Assembly: GCA_964016885.1 (NCBI GenBank) | Contig: OZ024743.1 | Coordinates: 57,970,001-58,034,000, forward strand | Reading direction: 5' to 3' | Source: Eledone cirrhosa | Lineage: Eukaryota | Length of the DNA stretch: 64,000 bases | Shown: piece by piece, positions 1 to 12,615 of the stretch | How positions within the stretch are numbered: the stretch's first letter is position 1 | Layout of the letters: each line of letters begins with the position of its first letter | Program-made: the position numbers and the translations under genes | Notes under the pieces: generated by a model | What the model saw: only the letters and a program-made list of their open reading frames with translations | Told to the model about the DNA's origin: nothing | The model's database searches: none

Positions 1-2391
1 TGGGGCGGAACAAGCTAAAACATTCTGGAGAGGAATATGGGAGCAGGATGTTAGACACAATGCCCAGGCAGGGTGGATTGAGACAGTACAGAGGGAGATC
101 GGTGAGCAGGCACAACAACAGACTGATTTGAGTATCACAGTTGAAACTCTTAAGGGGCAAGCCAAAAAACTAACCAACTGGAAATCACCAGGCCCAGATG
201 GTGTGCAGGGGTATTGGATTAAACATTTAACATCCCTCCACCCGAAGCTGACGGCCATGTTCAATGACTGCTTGGTGTCGGGTGAGGTGCCAGAGTGGTT
301 GACAAAAGGTACCACAGTTCTGATAATGAAAGACCGAATCAAGGGTAATGATGTTACCAACTATAGACCTATCACATGTCTGCCCGTAATGTGGAAACTG
401 TTGACGAGCATTGTGTCTGAGGAAATCTACCATCACCTCCACACAAACAACTTGTTACCGGACGAACAGAAAGGATGCCGAAAGAAGTCACGTGGTACAA
501 AGGACCAGTTGCTTATTGATAAGATGGTAATGGGGAATTGCAGGAGGAGACACACTGATCTTGCCATGGGATGGATAGACTACAGAAAGGCATTTGACAT
601 GGTGCCTCATTCCTGGATCACCAAAAGCCTGGAGATCTTCAGGGTGGCAGATAACATCAGACAGTTGCTGGGCAGGAGTATGGGGTCCTGGGAGACAGAG
701 TTGACATCAACTGGAGTATCCTTGGGAAGCGTGAAGATCAAGAGAGGTATCTTCCAGGGAGATAGCCTGTCCCCTCTGTTGTTTGTCCTTGCCCTGATGC
801 CCTTGACCATTATGCTGCGAAAAGGGAGAGCAGGATACAAGTTGGGAAGGGGAGAGCTTACCATCAATCACCTCCTCTTCATGGACGATCTTAAGCTCTT
901 CGGGAAAAGTGAGAAGGAGTTGGATGTGCTTGTTGACACTGTCCGTATTTTTAGCAGTGATATATGTATGCAGTTTGGTATTGGTAAATGTGGAGTCATT
1001 GTGATGAAGAGGGGTAGGTTGAGCAGAAGTAACGGGATCCAGATACCAACAGGTGAGATGATAAAGGAAATTGACTCTGAGGAGGGATACAAGTATTTGG
1101 GCGTTCTGGAGGCTGATGGCATAAAGAACCAAAAAATGAAGGAATTGTTAAGAACTGAATACATTCGGAGAGTAAGGAGCATATTGAAGTCACATCTGAA
1201 CAGCAGAAATGCCATAAGCGCAGTAAATTCCCGAGCTGTGTCTATTATTAGGTACAGTGCGGGAATTCTGAGATGGAATGTTGCTGAACAAAAAGAAATG
1301 GATAGGAAGACTAGGAAGCTATTGACTATCTACAACATGTTCCACAAGAGGAGTGATGTCGATAGACTCTACCTAAGGAGATCTGAGGGTGGAAGAGGTC
1401 TTATCAGCATAGAGGACTGTGTTCAGATGGAGAAAAACAACCTATACAAATACGTGACCTATAGTAAGGAGCCAATGCTCAGAGCTGTACTGAAGGAGGG
1501 GACAGTAGGCCAGGGGATATCCAAGGAGGAAATAACATCAAGGAGGAAGAGCAGCCTTAAGGGAAAATCCCTTCATAGTACCTTCTTTGAGAAAACTGAA
1601 TTTAGAGATCCACAGACATGGAACTGGTTGAGAAGAGGAGACCTCAAAAAGGCTACAGAAGGAATGCTAATGGCTGCGCAGGAGCAGGTCCTCAAAACGA
1701 AGTGGTTGAAGCACCATATCTACAAGGAGGAGGCTAGCCCACTGTGCAGGATCTGTGGAGAGAGAGAGGAGACTGTGGCTCACATTGTATCCGAGTGTAA
1801 ACACCTAGCCCAGACCCACTATAAGGGCTGGAGACACGATGTGATGGGCAGGGTGATCCACTGGCACCTGTGCAAAGTAAACAATCTACCACATTCTGAG
1901 AAATGGTATGAGCATAGGCCAGAGGCGGTGATGGAGAACAGTCAGGCGAAGGTGCTGTGGGATTTTAGGATACAGACGGACAAAAAACTGGAACACAATA
2001 GACCTGACCTGGTGGTTGTGGACAAAGAAAAAAGATCGTGCCTGATTGTGGATGTGGCCTGCCCGTTCGACACGAGAGTGCAAGAGAAGGAGAGGGAGAA
2101 AATTAACCGATACCAGGACCTAAAGTGGGAGGTGAAAAGGATTTGGAACTGCCATGAAGTCAAAGTGATCCCGATTGTCATAGGCGCACTGGGGACTATC
2201 TCCAAAGGTTTCCAGGGATGGTTAAAGAAAATCGGCCCCTTCACGCTTTTTGGAACGCTTCAAAAGGCATGCTTGCTTGGAACAGCAAGAACCCTCCGAT
2301 ACGTCCTGAATATCTGAGGCTGCAGGTAGTGGCTTGATATTCAATCCAACGGACTTTCCAGTTAACCAACATCAATGACTGAGATTCAAGG
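1..2391 (+). mobile_element. R4/Dong-like RLE non-LTR retrotransposon (5' part outside the window), ending in (TAA)n
   Basis: RT-CCHC-RLE ORF, a ~75-nt 3' UTR shared with the copy at 3584-3950, then (AAT)n at 2392-2409. Confidence 0.9.
128..2317 (+). CDS. Reverse transcriptase + CCHC knuckle + restriction-like endonuclease (partial; frame likely open upstream)
   Basis: Motifs KSPGPDG, YRPITCL, GIFQGDSLSP, FMDDLKL, CRIC..ETVAHIVSEC, RHD, RPDLVVVD..VDVACP..EKINRYQDL. Confidence 0.9.
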   Translation: MSITVETLKGQAKKLTNWKSPGPDGVQGYWIKHLTSLHPKLTAMFNDCLVSGEVPEWLTKGTTVLIMKDRIKGNDVTNYRPITCLPVMWKLLTSIVSEEIYHHLHTNNLLPDEQKGCRKKSRGTKDQLLIDKMVMGNCRRRHTDLAMGWIDYRKAFDMVPHSWITKSLEIFRVADNIRQLLGRSMGSWETELTSTGVSLGSVKIKRGIFQGDSLSPLLFVLALMPLTIMLRKGRAGYKLGRGELTINHLLFMDDLKLFGKSEKELDVLVDTVRIFSSDICMQFGIGKCGVIVMKRGRLSRSNGIQIPTGEMIKEIDSEEGYKYLGVLEADGIKNQKMKELLRTEYIRRVRSILKSHLNSRNAISAVNSRAVSIIRYSAGILRWNVAEQKEMDRKTRKLLTIYNMFHKRSDVDRLYLRRSEGGRGLISIEDCVQMEKNNLYKYVTYSKEPMLRAVLKEGTVGQGISKEEITSRRKSSLKGKSLHSTFFEKTEFRDPQTWNWLRRGDLKKATEGMLMAAQEQVLKTKWLKHHIYKEEASPLCRICGEREETVAHIVSECKHLAQTHYKGWRHDVMGRVIHWHLCKVNNLPHSEKWYEHRPEAVMENSQAKVLWDFRIQTDKKLEHNRPDLVVVDKEKRSCLIVDVACPFDTRVQEKEREKINRYQDLKWEVKRIWNCHEVKVIPIVIGALGTISKGFQGWLKKIGPFTLFGTLQKACLLGTARTLRYVLNI

Positions 2392-2409
2392 AATAATAAT
2401 AATAATAAT

Positions 2410-3567
2410 GATTTCTTTATTAACCACAAGGGTTTACATAAAGTAGACATTAAGGACAGTGCAGGACAATACAGGACGGTATAAATGGGCATTTCTGCGT
2501 GTAAAAAAACAAAAAAAACAGAGGGTGTAACAAAAAATAACAATGAAAAATTCCCCAATAGGGGGGGGGGGGAGACTTCGGAGGGACATTTGTGAAGAAA
2601 GCCCAGTAAAAAGCCACAATGACCCTGACCACCAAGGCAAGTGCCCTCTCCCAGTTTTCCACCTTTAATTTACAGATATATACTCAGAGTAGGCCCATTC
2701 ACTCGGGCCATTCTTGCTTCTCTCACCCATCTTTCAACAAAATGCTGGGAAGAGAGCACTTCCCTCTCTACTCTGATTTTCCTTTTCAAATGAAATTTGA
2801 AAAAGTCAATCAGAGCATCACCGAAGCGGTAAGTGCTTGTCTTCAGCCCTTTCAAACGTGTCCACCATACTATCTCTTTCGCCATGGCCACCAGACAGAT
2901 AAAAACTGCCTGCCCTTCCCGGCTAAAGGAGGAGGGCGGGGCAATCCTCACGATGGACTCAGATGATAGCCGGATCCGTCCTAAACGCGACAGCAGGTGT
3001 TCGACATAAACCCACGAGTCAGCAATTTTAGGACACTGGACGAGTGCGTGCAGGACGGTTTCGTCGCCCTGTGCGCATCTCGGACATGCCCGGCTGACGG
3101 CACCTCCATGCCTGTAGAGTTTATCCCGAACTGGCAAGGCTCCTCGGTAGCACTGCCAGGCCAGAGATTTCTGGAAGTTGTCCATAGGCCCTGGCCCGAA
3201 AGTTCTTCCGAAGAGATTGGCTAGTTGATTTTCGTCGACGCCTAGAGTTTCCCCAAGTACGTCGTCGCTCTTCCCCTCCACTAATCCTCTATAGAACGCC
3301 GAGGTGGAGTTTCCACCGATCACATTGCCCGATTGGTCGAGGGCTGTGAGCGCCTGAAGACATTCCAGTCTCCAGGCGCTCCCTCTCGGTCTTCGCTTGA
3401 CCCAGGACTGCAGCTCCGTCAAGGAAACGAGCTGGGGAAATATGTGTCTAGCAAACGGCGACCACACCTGATCACCGTCGAGGAAGAGGTGGAGATGTCG
3501 TAGCCTGAGCGCGTGCCTGCGCATCATCAGCCACGGCATGCCCAGCCCTCCACGTAGCGGGTGTCCC
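2410..3567 (-). mobile_element. 5'-truncated L1-Tx1 element (ORF2 C-terminus + 3' UTR) inserted in (TAA)n
   Basis: GGLGMPWLMMRRHALRLRHL...CPRC..ETVLHALVQC (stop at 2670); 3' end cttgtggttAATAAAgaaat as in the other Tx1 copies; TAA repeats on both sides. Confidence 0.9.
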
Positions 3568-3583
3568 CAGCAACAATAATAAT

Positions 3584-3950
3584 AACAAGGTAAAATATCG
3601 TGCCTGATTGTAGATGTAGCCTGCCCATTTGACACGAGAGTGCAAGAAAATGAGAGGGAGAAAATTAACCGATACCAGGATTTAAAGTGGGAGTTAAAAA
3701 GGATTTGGAACTGCCATGAAATCAAGGTCGTCCCGATTGTCATAGGCGCAGTAGATACTATCTCAAAGAGTTTCCAAGGATGGTTAAAGATGATTAGTCC
3801 AGCCCCGCTTTTTGGAACAGTTCAAAAGGCATGCTTACTGGGAACAGCAAGAACCCTCCGATACGTCCTGAATATCTGAGGCTGCAGGTGGCGGCTTGAT
3901 ACTCATTTCAACAAACTTTCCAGTTAAATAACATCAATGACTGAGACTCA
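3584..3950 (+). mobile_element. Short 5'-truncated copy of the R4/Dong-like element
   Basis: CLIVDVACPFDTRVQENEREKINRYQDLKWE...LRYVLNI plus 3' UTR, close paralog of 2035-2390; TAA-rich tail. Confidence 0.9.
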
Positions 3951-4192
3951 ATAACAATAATAATATTATTATTATAATAATAACTTATTATCTTCGCTTT
4001 TTTCCGTTCATTGCCAGGGAATGTCTTCACGAACCAAAGTATCGTCTTCCTGTTTTCCTTCGGTTGCAACGTTTTTCGAAATATTTACTTCTGCGTTCAC
4101 AGATTGCTTTTTTTTTTATTTTCAGAAGATCCCGTTAAGGTTGAAAGCAGCGATTCTTTGCTTAAACTTTAATTTGTTATTTTAATAAATAA

Positions 4193-4197
<5 letters not shown>

Positions 4198-4260
<63 letters not shown>
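4198..4260. repeat. (TA)n microsatellite
   Basis: Direct reading. Confidence 0.98.
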
Positions 4261-4263
<3 letters not shown>

Positions 4264-4340
4264 GGCGCGTGGGTGACTTGTATTCGCAAATGTGAGGTGT
4301 TGTGAGTCCTTGAGCAAGTCACTTTATTTCACGTTGCTCC
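4261..4340 (+). mobile_element. Degenerate tRNA-derived CORE/OR-type SINE fragment
   Basis: gtccttgagcaagtcactttatttcacgttgctcc resembles the CORE domain and the reverse complement of 40920-41000. Confidence 0.5.
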
Positions 4341-4499
4341 TTCTACCTGTAGTTGCGACCGATAGATAGTAATATAAACATTATTTCCTCGGTCCGATTT
4401 GACGAAACTCGATCGATTGTCGCTATATAAAATGTCATATATATGTTTGTACACACATACATAGAAACAATAGAAAACAGTTACATAGACACTCACGCG

Positions 4500-4790
4500 C
4501 ATACACATGCACAAAAAACAAAGAACTCATGGACGTACAGATTTACACACCCACACCACTGTGGACACACGAACAATATAAGGCTCAGAGTCACCCACGT
4601 GTCCACACGCAAAACCTGAAGCAATAATGCACACCTACCAATTTCATCCTATCGACACACACAACTTCTGACCCGTCCACTTCGGCCTCCACTCCTGAAT
4701 GGCGGATCTATCGCCTACGAACCCCAACCTAACAATCGTTAGTTACAACTTTCATGTACCTATCTGAACCTTCCTGACGAAGTAGTGTTT
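4500..4790 (+). pseudogene. Highly degenerate Penelope-like GIY-YIG C-terminus
   Basis: EWRIYRLRTP-like translation near 4697-4725 followed by an isolated ctgacga. Confidence 0.35.
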
Positions 4791-4825
4791 GTTTAGTTTT
4801 ATTTATCATCTATATATATATATAT

Positions 4826-5117
4826 ATAATAAAAAATTATAAGTTTGAAGATCAGGCAGATTAAATTTATCTATCTCTTGATAAGCTTGAATTCTCGTGG
4901 ATAATGCAACGATTAATCATTCCGACAAAATGCAAGCGAAATTGTCGACAGTCGGGACTAGAGGAATATTGATAACATTTATCTGTTATTTCTTCAAACT
5001 TACGTTTTAAACTTTGCTCCGTTTAATTGATTATTTATTTAATTAATTTCTATGGACTAAGAAGAAAAATTAGGTAAATTTTATCTGCCTGTTATTCTAA
5101 TTTTTTAATTTTATTAT
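4826..5117. repeat. Imperfect inverted repeat (~50-bp arms) next to (TA)n
   Basis: caggcagattaaatttatcta versus taggtaaattttatctgcctg. Confidence 0.6.
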
Positions 5118-5329
5118 AATTTTATACACCTCTGATTAATAATTGTTTATTTAATTCATTCATTGATTGAGCCACAACGTTGGGGTAGGCTACTCTCATA
5201 TATGTATCTATGCTTATGTTTTAATATATATGTGCTCCATATGACTTTTTATGTATGTATGTATGTATGTATGTATGTATGTATGTATGTATGTATGTAT
5301 GTATGTATGTATGTATGTATGTATGTATG

Positions 5330-5765
5330 CACTGGACAGGACATATCGTCCGCATGAAAGATAACAGGATCCCAAAGCAGCTGTTTTACGTTGACCTCAA
5401 TCTTCGAAAAAACGCCCCCTCAAACTGAAAATGGTGTACAAGCACAGCATCAAGAATAATCTCAAAGAGCTGGCATTTGATATAGACAACTGGGAGGAGA
5501 TAGCTCTAAATAGGGTAGAGTGGAGAAAGTGCATAAAGGGCAGTTGCAAAACTTTTGAGGAATGTTGCTTAGAACAGAAACAACTGAAGCGTCAGCTCCG
5601 GAAGGGTTGTGCTCACAATCACGAGGAAGACATTTGTAGTTGGACATGCGAATTCTGTCAACGTGCACTCCTCTCGAAAGCTGGTTACGTTAATCACCTG
5701 AAGTCACATAAAAGAACCACCACTCAACAAAGACCTGGTGGAATGCGTTTATATTGGAAATCCAG
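5330..5765 (+). pseudogene. RTE-type LINE 3' ORF fragment with a C2H2 finger, after (TATG)n
   Basis: [19 protein letters not shown]...WEEIALNRVEWRK...CEFCQRALLSKAGYVNHLKSH, homologous to the C-terminus of the 17848-21393 ORF. Confidence 0.85.
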
Positions 5766-5778
5766 AGCAATAATAATG

Positions 5779-5965
5779 ATTTCTACTATAGGCACAAGGC
5801 CAGCAATTTGAAGGGGGGGATACAGTCGATTAAATCGACCCCAGTGCATTACTGGATGAAAGGCACTAACCTCGGCAGGATTTGAACTTAGAACGTAAAG
5901 GGCCATACCTCTATGTCATAAAGCATGGTGTTTGACGTTCTACCGATACTGCCAATCCACCGCCC
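5779..5965 (-). mobile_element. tRNA-derived Nin-domain SINE (common octopus-type)
   Basis: Minus strand A box tggcagtatcggtag, B box gttcaaatcc, then cctttcatcc and ctggccttgtgcc, TTA tail. Confidence 0.8.
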
Positions 5966-6039
5966 CAATCCTCTACAATAATAATGATAACGGAAAAAAG
6001 GTACGCGTATAATTTTAGTGTGTTGATTGCGTGTGTGAA

Positions 6040-6910
6040 TATAGAATCTCAATGTAGTGAATTTACTAACATTTGATGTTGGCAACTACCTCTTCTAGCT
6101 AGCAGGACTGGTTAGCAGTGTGTCTGTATTTTCAGAGCAAAGAAGCAGACTGTTCTGAGTCAAAGTGAAAAAACATGTCCTCTAGTTCTTAATGTCAGAA
6201 TCTCTTGTATTTTCGAGGATTTTGTGCCCAGGAAACATTAAACATATGGTTCTTGATAATTTCCTTTTAAATAAAGGTAGTAAATCAGTTTTGGCTACAT
6301 CGTTAGCTCAAACAAAAGGAATTGTGCTAGTCTGACCAAATTTTACTTTTAACGGTATCTTATAAATTCGTATAAGCGTCTGAAGAGAGGTCACTAATTT
6401 GATGCTTCTTGTATTCTGGAGGTATGGTCAAAACTTGGGTAGCGCTTTTGTTCGATGTATGAACATATAATATAATATAATATAATTGTTTCTACTTATG
6501 GCACAAGACCAGCAATTATCCAGTACATTACTGGTACTTTATTTTATAGACCCCGTAAGGATGAAAGGCAAAGTTAACCTCGGCGGGATAATATAATATA
6601 ATATAATATAATATAATTGTTTCTACTTTTGGCACAAGGCCAGCAATTACTCAGTGTAATATGATATAATATAATATGATTTTCTATGTAAAGTTGAATA
6701 GTTGAGAGATGATCCACTGTTATTTTTCGTAACACATTTTTCGTAACACATATTATTTTTCGTAACACATTTTTCGTAACACATATTATTTTCTTTTGGC
6801 AACTCCTTACTGGATGATCCTAATTCTGTTCTCCCGTGGTTAATTAATCTACAACTAGGTCTGTCGCTAAAGTCCTGTTTATGGTCTTTCAATGTGGTAT
6901 AAGTAATACA
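6040..6910 (-). pseudogene. Penelope-like element RT remnant interrupted by SINE pieces (6487-6650)
   Basis: YTTLKDHKQDFSDRPSCRLINHGRTELGSSSK matches the PLE-type TLKDHK..F...P.CRLINP.K.E.G..SK motif. Confidence 0.6.
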
Positions 6911-6931
6911 TTTATCTGTTTATGTAGGCTA

Positions 6932-6967
<36 letters not shown>

Positions 6968-7669
6968 CCCTCACACATACATACACACACACATATATAT
7001 TCTCATTACATGGGTGGAGTGATGTGATATATGTTTATATTATAACTCGACATTCCTTTCCCTCGAATCACGAGTGAGCTTCAGAGCTACAGATAAAAAA
7101 AGGCCAACTTCGTTCAAGAATGATTATGGATTTCGAACTAGAAATTTTTTCTCCAAGGCGCAAGAATGAACACATTGTTTTGGGGGTAACAGTTGTCCAT
7201 GCATGCCATTCACCGCTTTCCACGCCACATATGCTTTCTAATACAATTTCATATAAGTCTCGTCGCAGTCAGAGGAATCTCCACTTGGTTTGACAATTGG
7301 CAGTGTCTGGGTTAACTCTCAGCTGCTATTGGTATTCATTTTTCCAGTCGAGTTGCGTGAAATACATTGTCTTGCTTAATAAACGCAACATGGCGTTTTC
7401 CAGAAATCGATTGTGAGACTAATACTTTTACCACTAGGTGACGCGACTTCATTTAGAGCTGTAACATACTCCCTCCCTCCCCCTCTCTCCATCCCCCTCT
7501 CTCTCACACACACACACATACACAAGCACAAGACCGTTTATATTAGTAAAGAAATGGAATATAACAGTAACTACAAACGTAATTGTTATTTTACCATTCT
7601 TCATTCTTCTGTTTAATCTATTATATTTGTCACCGATTTGGGATTATGATAAAAGATGAAAGCATATGT

Positions 7670-7682
7670 ATATTTGTATGTG

Positions 7683-7762
<80 letters not shown>

Positions 7763-7832
7763 CATATATGTATGTATAAATATATATACATATATATATA
7801 TGTATGTATATATATATATTTATATATATATG

Positions 7833-7917
<85 letters not shown>

Positions 7918-8007
7918 TGAGAGAGAGATATGTGTGTGTGTATATACATACATAATATATACATAATACATACATACACACACATTTATATACATAGGTA
8001 TATATAC

Positions 8008-8092
<85 letters not shown>

Positions 8093-8110
8093 TATATATA
8101 TATATATATC
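7670..8110. repeat. Compound (TA)n/(GA)n/(TG)n microsatellite
   Basis: Direct reading; source of spurious YI-repeat ORFs. Confidence 0.97.
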
Positions 8111-8668
8111 TGTATGTAATGTCTGTATTCATAGCATACAGACTAGACCCTAGACACTGATAGCGAATAATATAATTCAAGTAAACATTTCTGAGTGTCA
8201 TATTTAGTAACAATTTCAAAATGATTGGTTTACATGTAAATGTATTTATGACATGTAATATGTCATACTGACCGTGTGCTGGGATATTTATACTACGTCC
8301 TTTAGTTAGAATTCATGTCAACCTGCTTGCCAATATCTTTTTTCACCATCAGCTTTGACAATAATATTTTTTTTTTAGAAACATCTCAGCATTCACCAGG
8401 CTAATGTTTTGGGAGATGAGAGACCATGAAACCATCGATCGATTTCATATTTCATTGAATACTTTAATTAGATATCTAATTAATTACATCAATCATTTAA
8501 CGTGTATTTTTTTTAATTTTTATTATTTCAAGTGTTTCTCTTATTGAATTCATAAACCATCAAGCAGCCTATACCCTGGCAGTATCTTCACAATTGACAT
8601 TAGAAAATGTCAGTACTATTATTAATATTATTATTATTATTATTTTATTTCATTATAACCTCCTTATA

Positions 8669-9380
8669 GGGTGGTGGATTGGCAGAATCGTTAGAGCCTC
8701 GGACATCTTGCTTTGCGCCACACAGTTACCTCCCTTTACATTCTGAGTTCAAATCCTGTCGAGGTTAGCTTTGCCTTCATCCTCACGGGGTCGATAAAAT
8801 AAAGTACCAGTAATGCACTGGGGTCCATTTAATCGACTTTCCCTTCTCTCCAAATTTGCTGGCCTTGTGCCTAAATCGGAAACCCATTGGTAGAGGGTCG
8901 GACGCCATGCTTGGCAGCATAGAGTTACGTCCCTTTACGGTTTGAGTTCAAATCCCACCGGGGTTAACTTTCCTTTTCATCCTTATGGGATCGATATAAC
9001 CTTTTATTATAAACTTCTTATAGGATGGTGGATTGACAGTATCATTAGATCGCTGGGCACCCTACTTCGCGGCATAGAGTTACGGTCCTTTACGTTCTGA
9101 GTTCAAATCCCGCCGAGTTTAGCTTTGCCTTTATTCCTTACGCGGTCGATAAAGTAAAGCACATGTAACGCACTGGGATCGATATAATCGATTTGCTCTC
9201 AACCAAATTGCTGGCCTTTTGCCCCAAGTAGAAACAATTATTATTGGTAGAATCGTTAGAGCGGTGGACAAATACTTTGCGGTATTTCTTACGGCTTTTT
9301 GCGTTCTGAGTTCAAATTCCACGGGTCTCAACTTTACCTTTCATTCTAATTGCTGTCCTTGTGCCTAAATAAGAAACCCT
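8669..9380 (+). mobile_element. Tandem cluster of about four Nin-domain tRNA SINE copies
   Basis: Repeated ggcagaatcgttag...ttctgagttcaaatcc...ctttgccttcatcc...gtcgataaa...gctggccttgtgcc. Confidence 0.8.
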
Positions 9381-9719
9381 TATTTAAAAAAAAATTATTT
9401 CTCCTATGCAACTTGCCACTGATCAGTCCGTAAGTTCGTTGTTTATTTATATATTACTATAACGTTTTTAGAATATCTGGTCCTTGGGGGCAAAGTCTGT
9501 ATTTTTAAATCCAATCAAATCTCTTACTGCATCTGTAGAACAGCTAAAATTGTCCGCTCAATGAGCCAAATAGTATTTTTCATTGATAATTAGGATTCCA
9601 AATACTCATCTAAAATGTAATTAATAGTAACCATAAAAACAAAAGTAAAAACACCACGAAAACAGCGACCATAAAAACAAAAGTGTAAACTAGATTAACT
9701 GGTGAGGTAGTTGGAAACA

Positions 9720-10440
9720 TAAAAGAGGCTTTTAGGAAAGGCATCACGACCAATTTGGTGAGGTTTTCTCACATTGTCGGAGCTAAGGCACATGTACTAA
9801 GAAACAAAATCTGTTTGATGGGCCCGTGTGGCTGACGGACGGCATGTCAAGACATCCACAATGCAGTTATTGGTGGAACATATGAGCGCATTGTTCAGCT
9901 GTTCGGGAAGAGATGCGGGTTTGATAGTATGCATTTCAGTACCTGCCTCGAGAGCGCATCGTAACTGTTAGCAGCAGAGGCGGAGTGTTGTGAAAAGTAG
10001 ATAACATCTCCTGAAATATAGGAGGTGATGGCTGGCTGCATGAGAGCAAATTCTCTGCGATAGATTTTTTTTCCTGAGAGCTTCAGGCTTATATGCCAGA
10101 ATTGTTCAGCAAACTCTTAGCTACAGAAAGGGCTAATTCCTACTACTTCTGTGAGTCAAGGAGCGGTGGAGCTCCCGAGAAAGAACCCATCCAAAGGGAA
10201 CCACATCGATATTTTTCAACCCATAACTCTGCTAAACTTAGAGTTAAACACTTTGGCCAATGTGTGTGCGATGAGGTTGGAACTTGCCATCGATTCCTTG
10301 ATTGTGGAGGTGCAGAAATGCACTAATTCGAAAAGTTTCAGCCACGACAATTTGAATTTCAAGGAGGATGGATAAGAAACTTGACACAGATGGTGCTTAG
10401 GTTAATTCAGATCAGCCAAAAGATTTCGGTTGGGTCGAAA
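9720..10440 (+). pseudogene. Old degenerate L1/Tx1 RT fragment
   Basis: GAVELPRKNPSKGNHIDIFQPITLLNLELNTLANV..RL parallels GVVTLIRKDENKGDDIGNFRPITLLNTELQILAKV..RL of the Tx1 ORF2s. Confidence 0.7.
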
Positions 10441-10462
10441 GAAATTATGATATATAATAATA

Positions 10463-11140
10463 TTTTCTACATTAGGCACAAAGTCAGTAATTCTGGGGAA
10501 GAGGAAAAAGCTGATTAAATCGACAACAGTATTAAACTAGTAATTTATTTTATCGACACAAAAGGGATGACACGCAATTTTGATCTTTGCAGGATTTGAA
10601 CTCAGAATGGAAAAAGCCGGATCAAATACTGCTACATACTTGTCTGACTCCCTAACGAATTTTGAAATCCACGGCCCTATTCTGGCATGTTCATTGGATT
10701 TTAATTCAAGCCAAAAGCTAACAATTTTGGTGGGAAGGAGAAAGTCGATTATACCACATCTAGTACTTTACTGGTACTTTATTTTCTCGACCCTAGATGG
10801 ATGGAAAACCAAGTTGATTTGAAACAAGAATATAGAGGGCCGAAATGAAATACTGCAATGCATTTCAGCAGACGTACTAATAATTCTGCTAACCCACTGC
10901 CGCATTTTGACTCGTAATATAGGTTTCTGATTTAGGCACAAGGCCAACAATTTTGGGGGAGAGGAAAGTCGACTGAATCGACCCCAGTGCATTACTGGTA
11001 CTTTATTTTGTGAAACCCCGTAAGGATGAAAGGCAAAGCTATAATCTCAACAGAATTTGAACTCAGATTGTAAAGGGCCGTAACTCTATGCCATAAATCA
11101 TGTTGTCGGACGCTCTACCGATACTGTCAATTTACCGCCC
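10463..11140 (-). mobile_element. Three tandem Nin-domain SINE copies
   Basis: Repeated ggcacaaggcc...cattactggtactttatttt...ggatgaaaggcaaag...ggatttgaactcag. Confidence 0.75.
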
Positions 11141-11446
11141 TATTCTGACTGACTTGTAATATTAAAACTCTTTTGGTGTTATGAATTCTCTGGATAGAAT
11201 TTGATTAAAAAACACTTTCATATCACAATCTATTACTATTTAATTTGCTTGAGCCATTAGACTGTGAATATAGTGGGGCACCGCCTGAAATAAATTTAGC
11301 TGATCATATTGTCTCCAGTACATATTTGGTCTTATATCTGGTATTTATTTTATTGTTCGCCTTTTGTCGGAACTTTGAGTCATGGCACATAACCGGAGAC
11401 ACAAGAATATAAACAAACATGAACATAAACATACATACATACATAC

Positions 11447-11955
11447 ATGGTGGCTGCCAACTCGTTATCGAGTACGGCCACTACTTTATATCCATGTAGG
11501 AGAACTCCTACCGATGCGCTGAACGAGTGTGACTTTTTAGTCCAACCAGCGACTTGAAAACTCTGGTACAAACACTACACTTGTGACAATTATTGACACA
11601 TAGTGCTGGGCCCATGGTACCATGTGACGACAAATGCAGAGAGATCTCCAGATATAAAGCAATGCCTGTGCCGTGAAGCTTTTATAGTGAGCAAAGGCAC
11701 TGCACAAAGCCAGTCCCACTCTCTTAACCAAGATGATATTTACCAAAAAGAAGAACAAGTCAACATCATTGGATACCATCAGGGTTGCAGGTGTTATATC
11801 AGAGTTTACCTTCTCCTAGAATTCTGCCTTGACAAAGGCTAAGGGGTCATCTCTCCCGGTGATTTTGGATGGCCATTGACTCTTAAGAGCTCCTTTGCCC
11901 TTTGACAGGTTTCTTGGTGAAGAGGGTGACTTTGGACATCCTGCAGGACTAAAAA
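11447..11955 (-). mobile_element. Non-autonomous RTE-derived bipartite element, flanked by (CATA)n
   Basis: 5'-UTR motif ctaggagaagg..aactc.gatataa shared with the RTE 5' UTR; 3' end ggcc.tactcgataacgag..ggcagcca + (TGTA)n shared with the RTE 3' end. Confidence 0.75.
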
Positions 11956-11985
11956 CATACATACATACATACATACATACATACA

Positions 11986-12015
<30 letters not shown>

Positions 12016-12018
<3 letters not shown>

Positions 12019-12443
12019 GGTGGCTGCCCTCTCGTTATCGAGTATGGCCATTGCACAATATCCCATTATTAATAATTATTAATTAATTCTATCGTGCAAT
12101 GTCTGTGCGTGAAGATATTTTTTTAAAGTGTGGAAAGACTGTGCACTGAGACAATCCAACTCTCTGAGCGACAGTAGCTATAACCCGAAAAGAAGAAAAG
12201 ATCAACATCATCGGTAACTACTGAACCGCAGGTTTATATCGGAGTTATCCCAGTTTTCTGAGTTGCCTTCTCCTAGAAGAATGCCCTGACAAAGGCTAGG
12301 GGTCCTTCACTCCCAGTGGTTTAACCACGCGGTACATGTGCATATACATATTTACACTCTTTTGGATGGCCGTTGACTCTTATGAGTTCTTCCGCCCTTT
12401 GTCAGGTTTTGTTTTTTGTCCTGCAGGTTGTCCAAAATCACCC
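12016..12443 (-). mobile_element. Non-autonomous RTE derivative (RTE 5' UTR joined directly to the RTE 3' terminus)
   Basis: 12016-12060 matches 17579-17621; 12066-12330 matches 21478-21735. Confidence 0.85.
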
Positions 12444-12615
12444 ATACATATATACATACATATACACATACATACATACATATACATAAATGGCGACCGT
12501 TGTGGTCAGTGTCCGATAATCGGACGTGTGTAATTACGGCTTAGATGAAGGCAACATACCATATATTGGAAAAAGTTGAGCTACATTACGCGGTAAGATT
12601 ACATGCAATAATTCT

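Noticed and set aside
2670-3743. 357-aa minus-strand ORF as a novel chimeric protein
   Set aside because: Chance read-through from the antisense strand of a Dong fragment and a TAA repeat into a truncated Tx1 ORF2.
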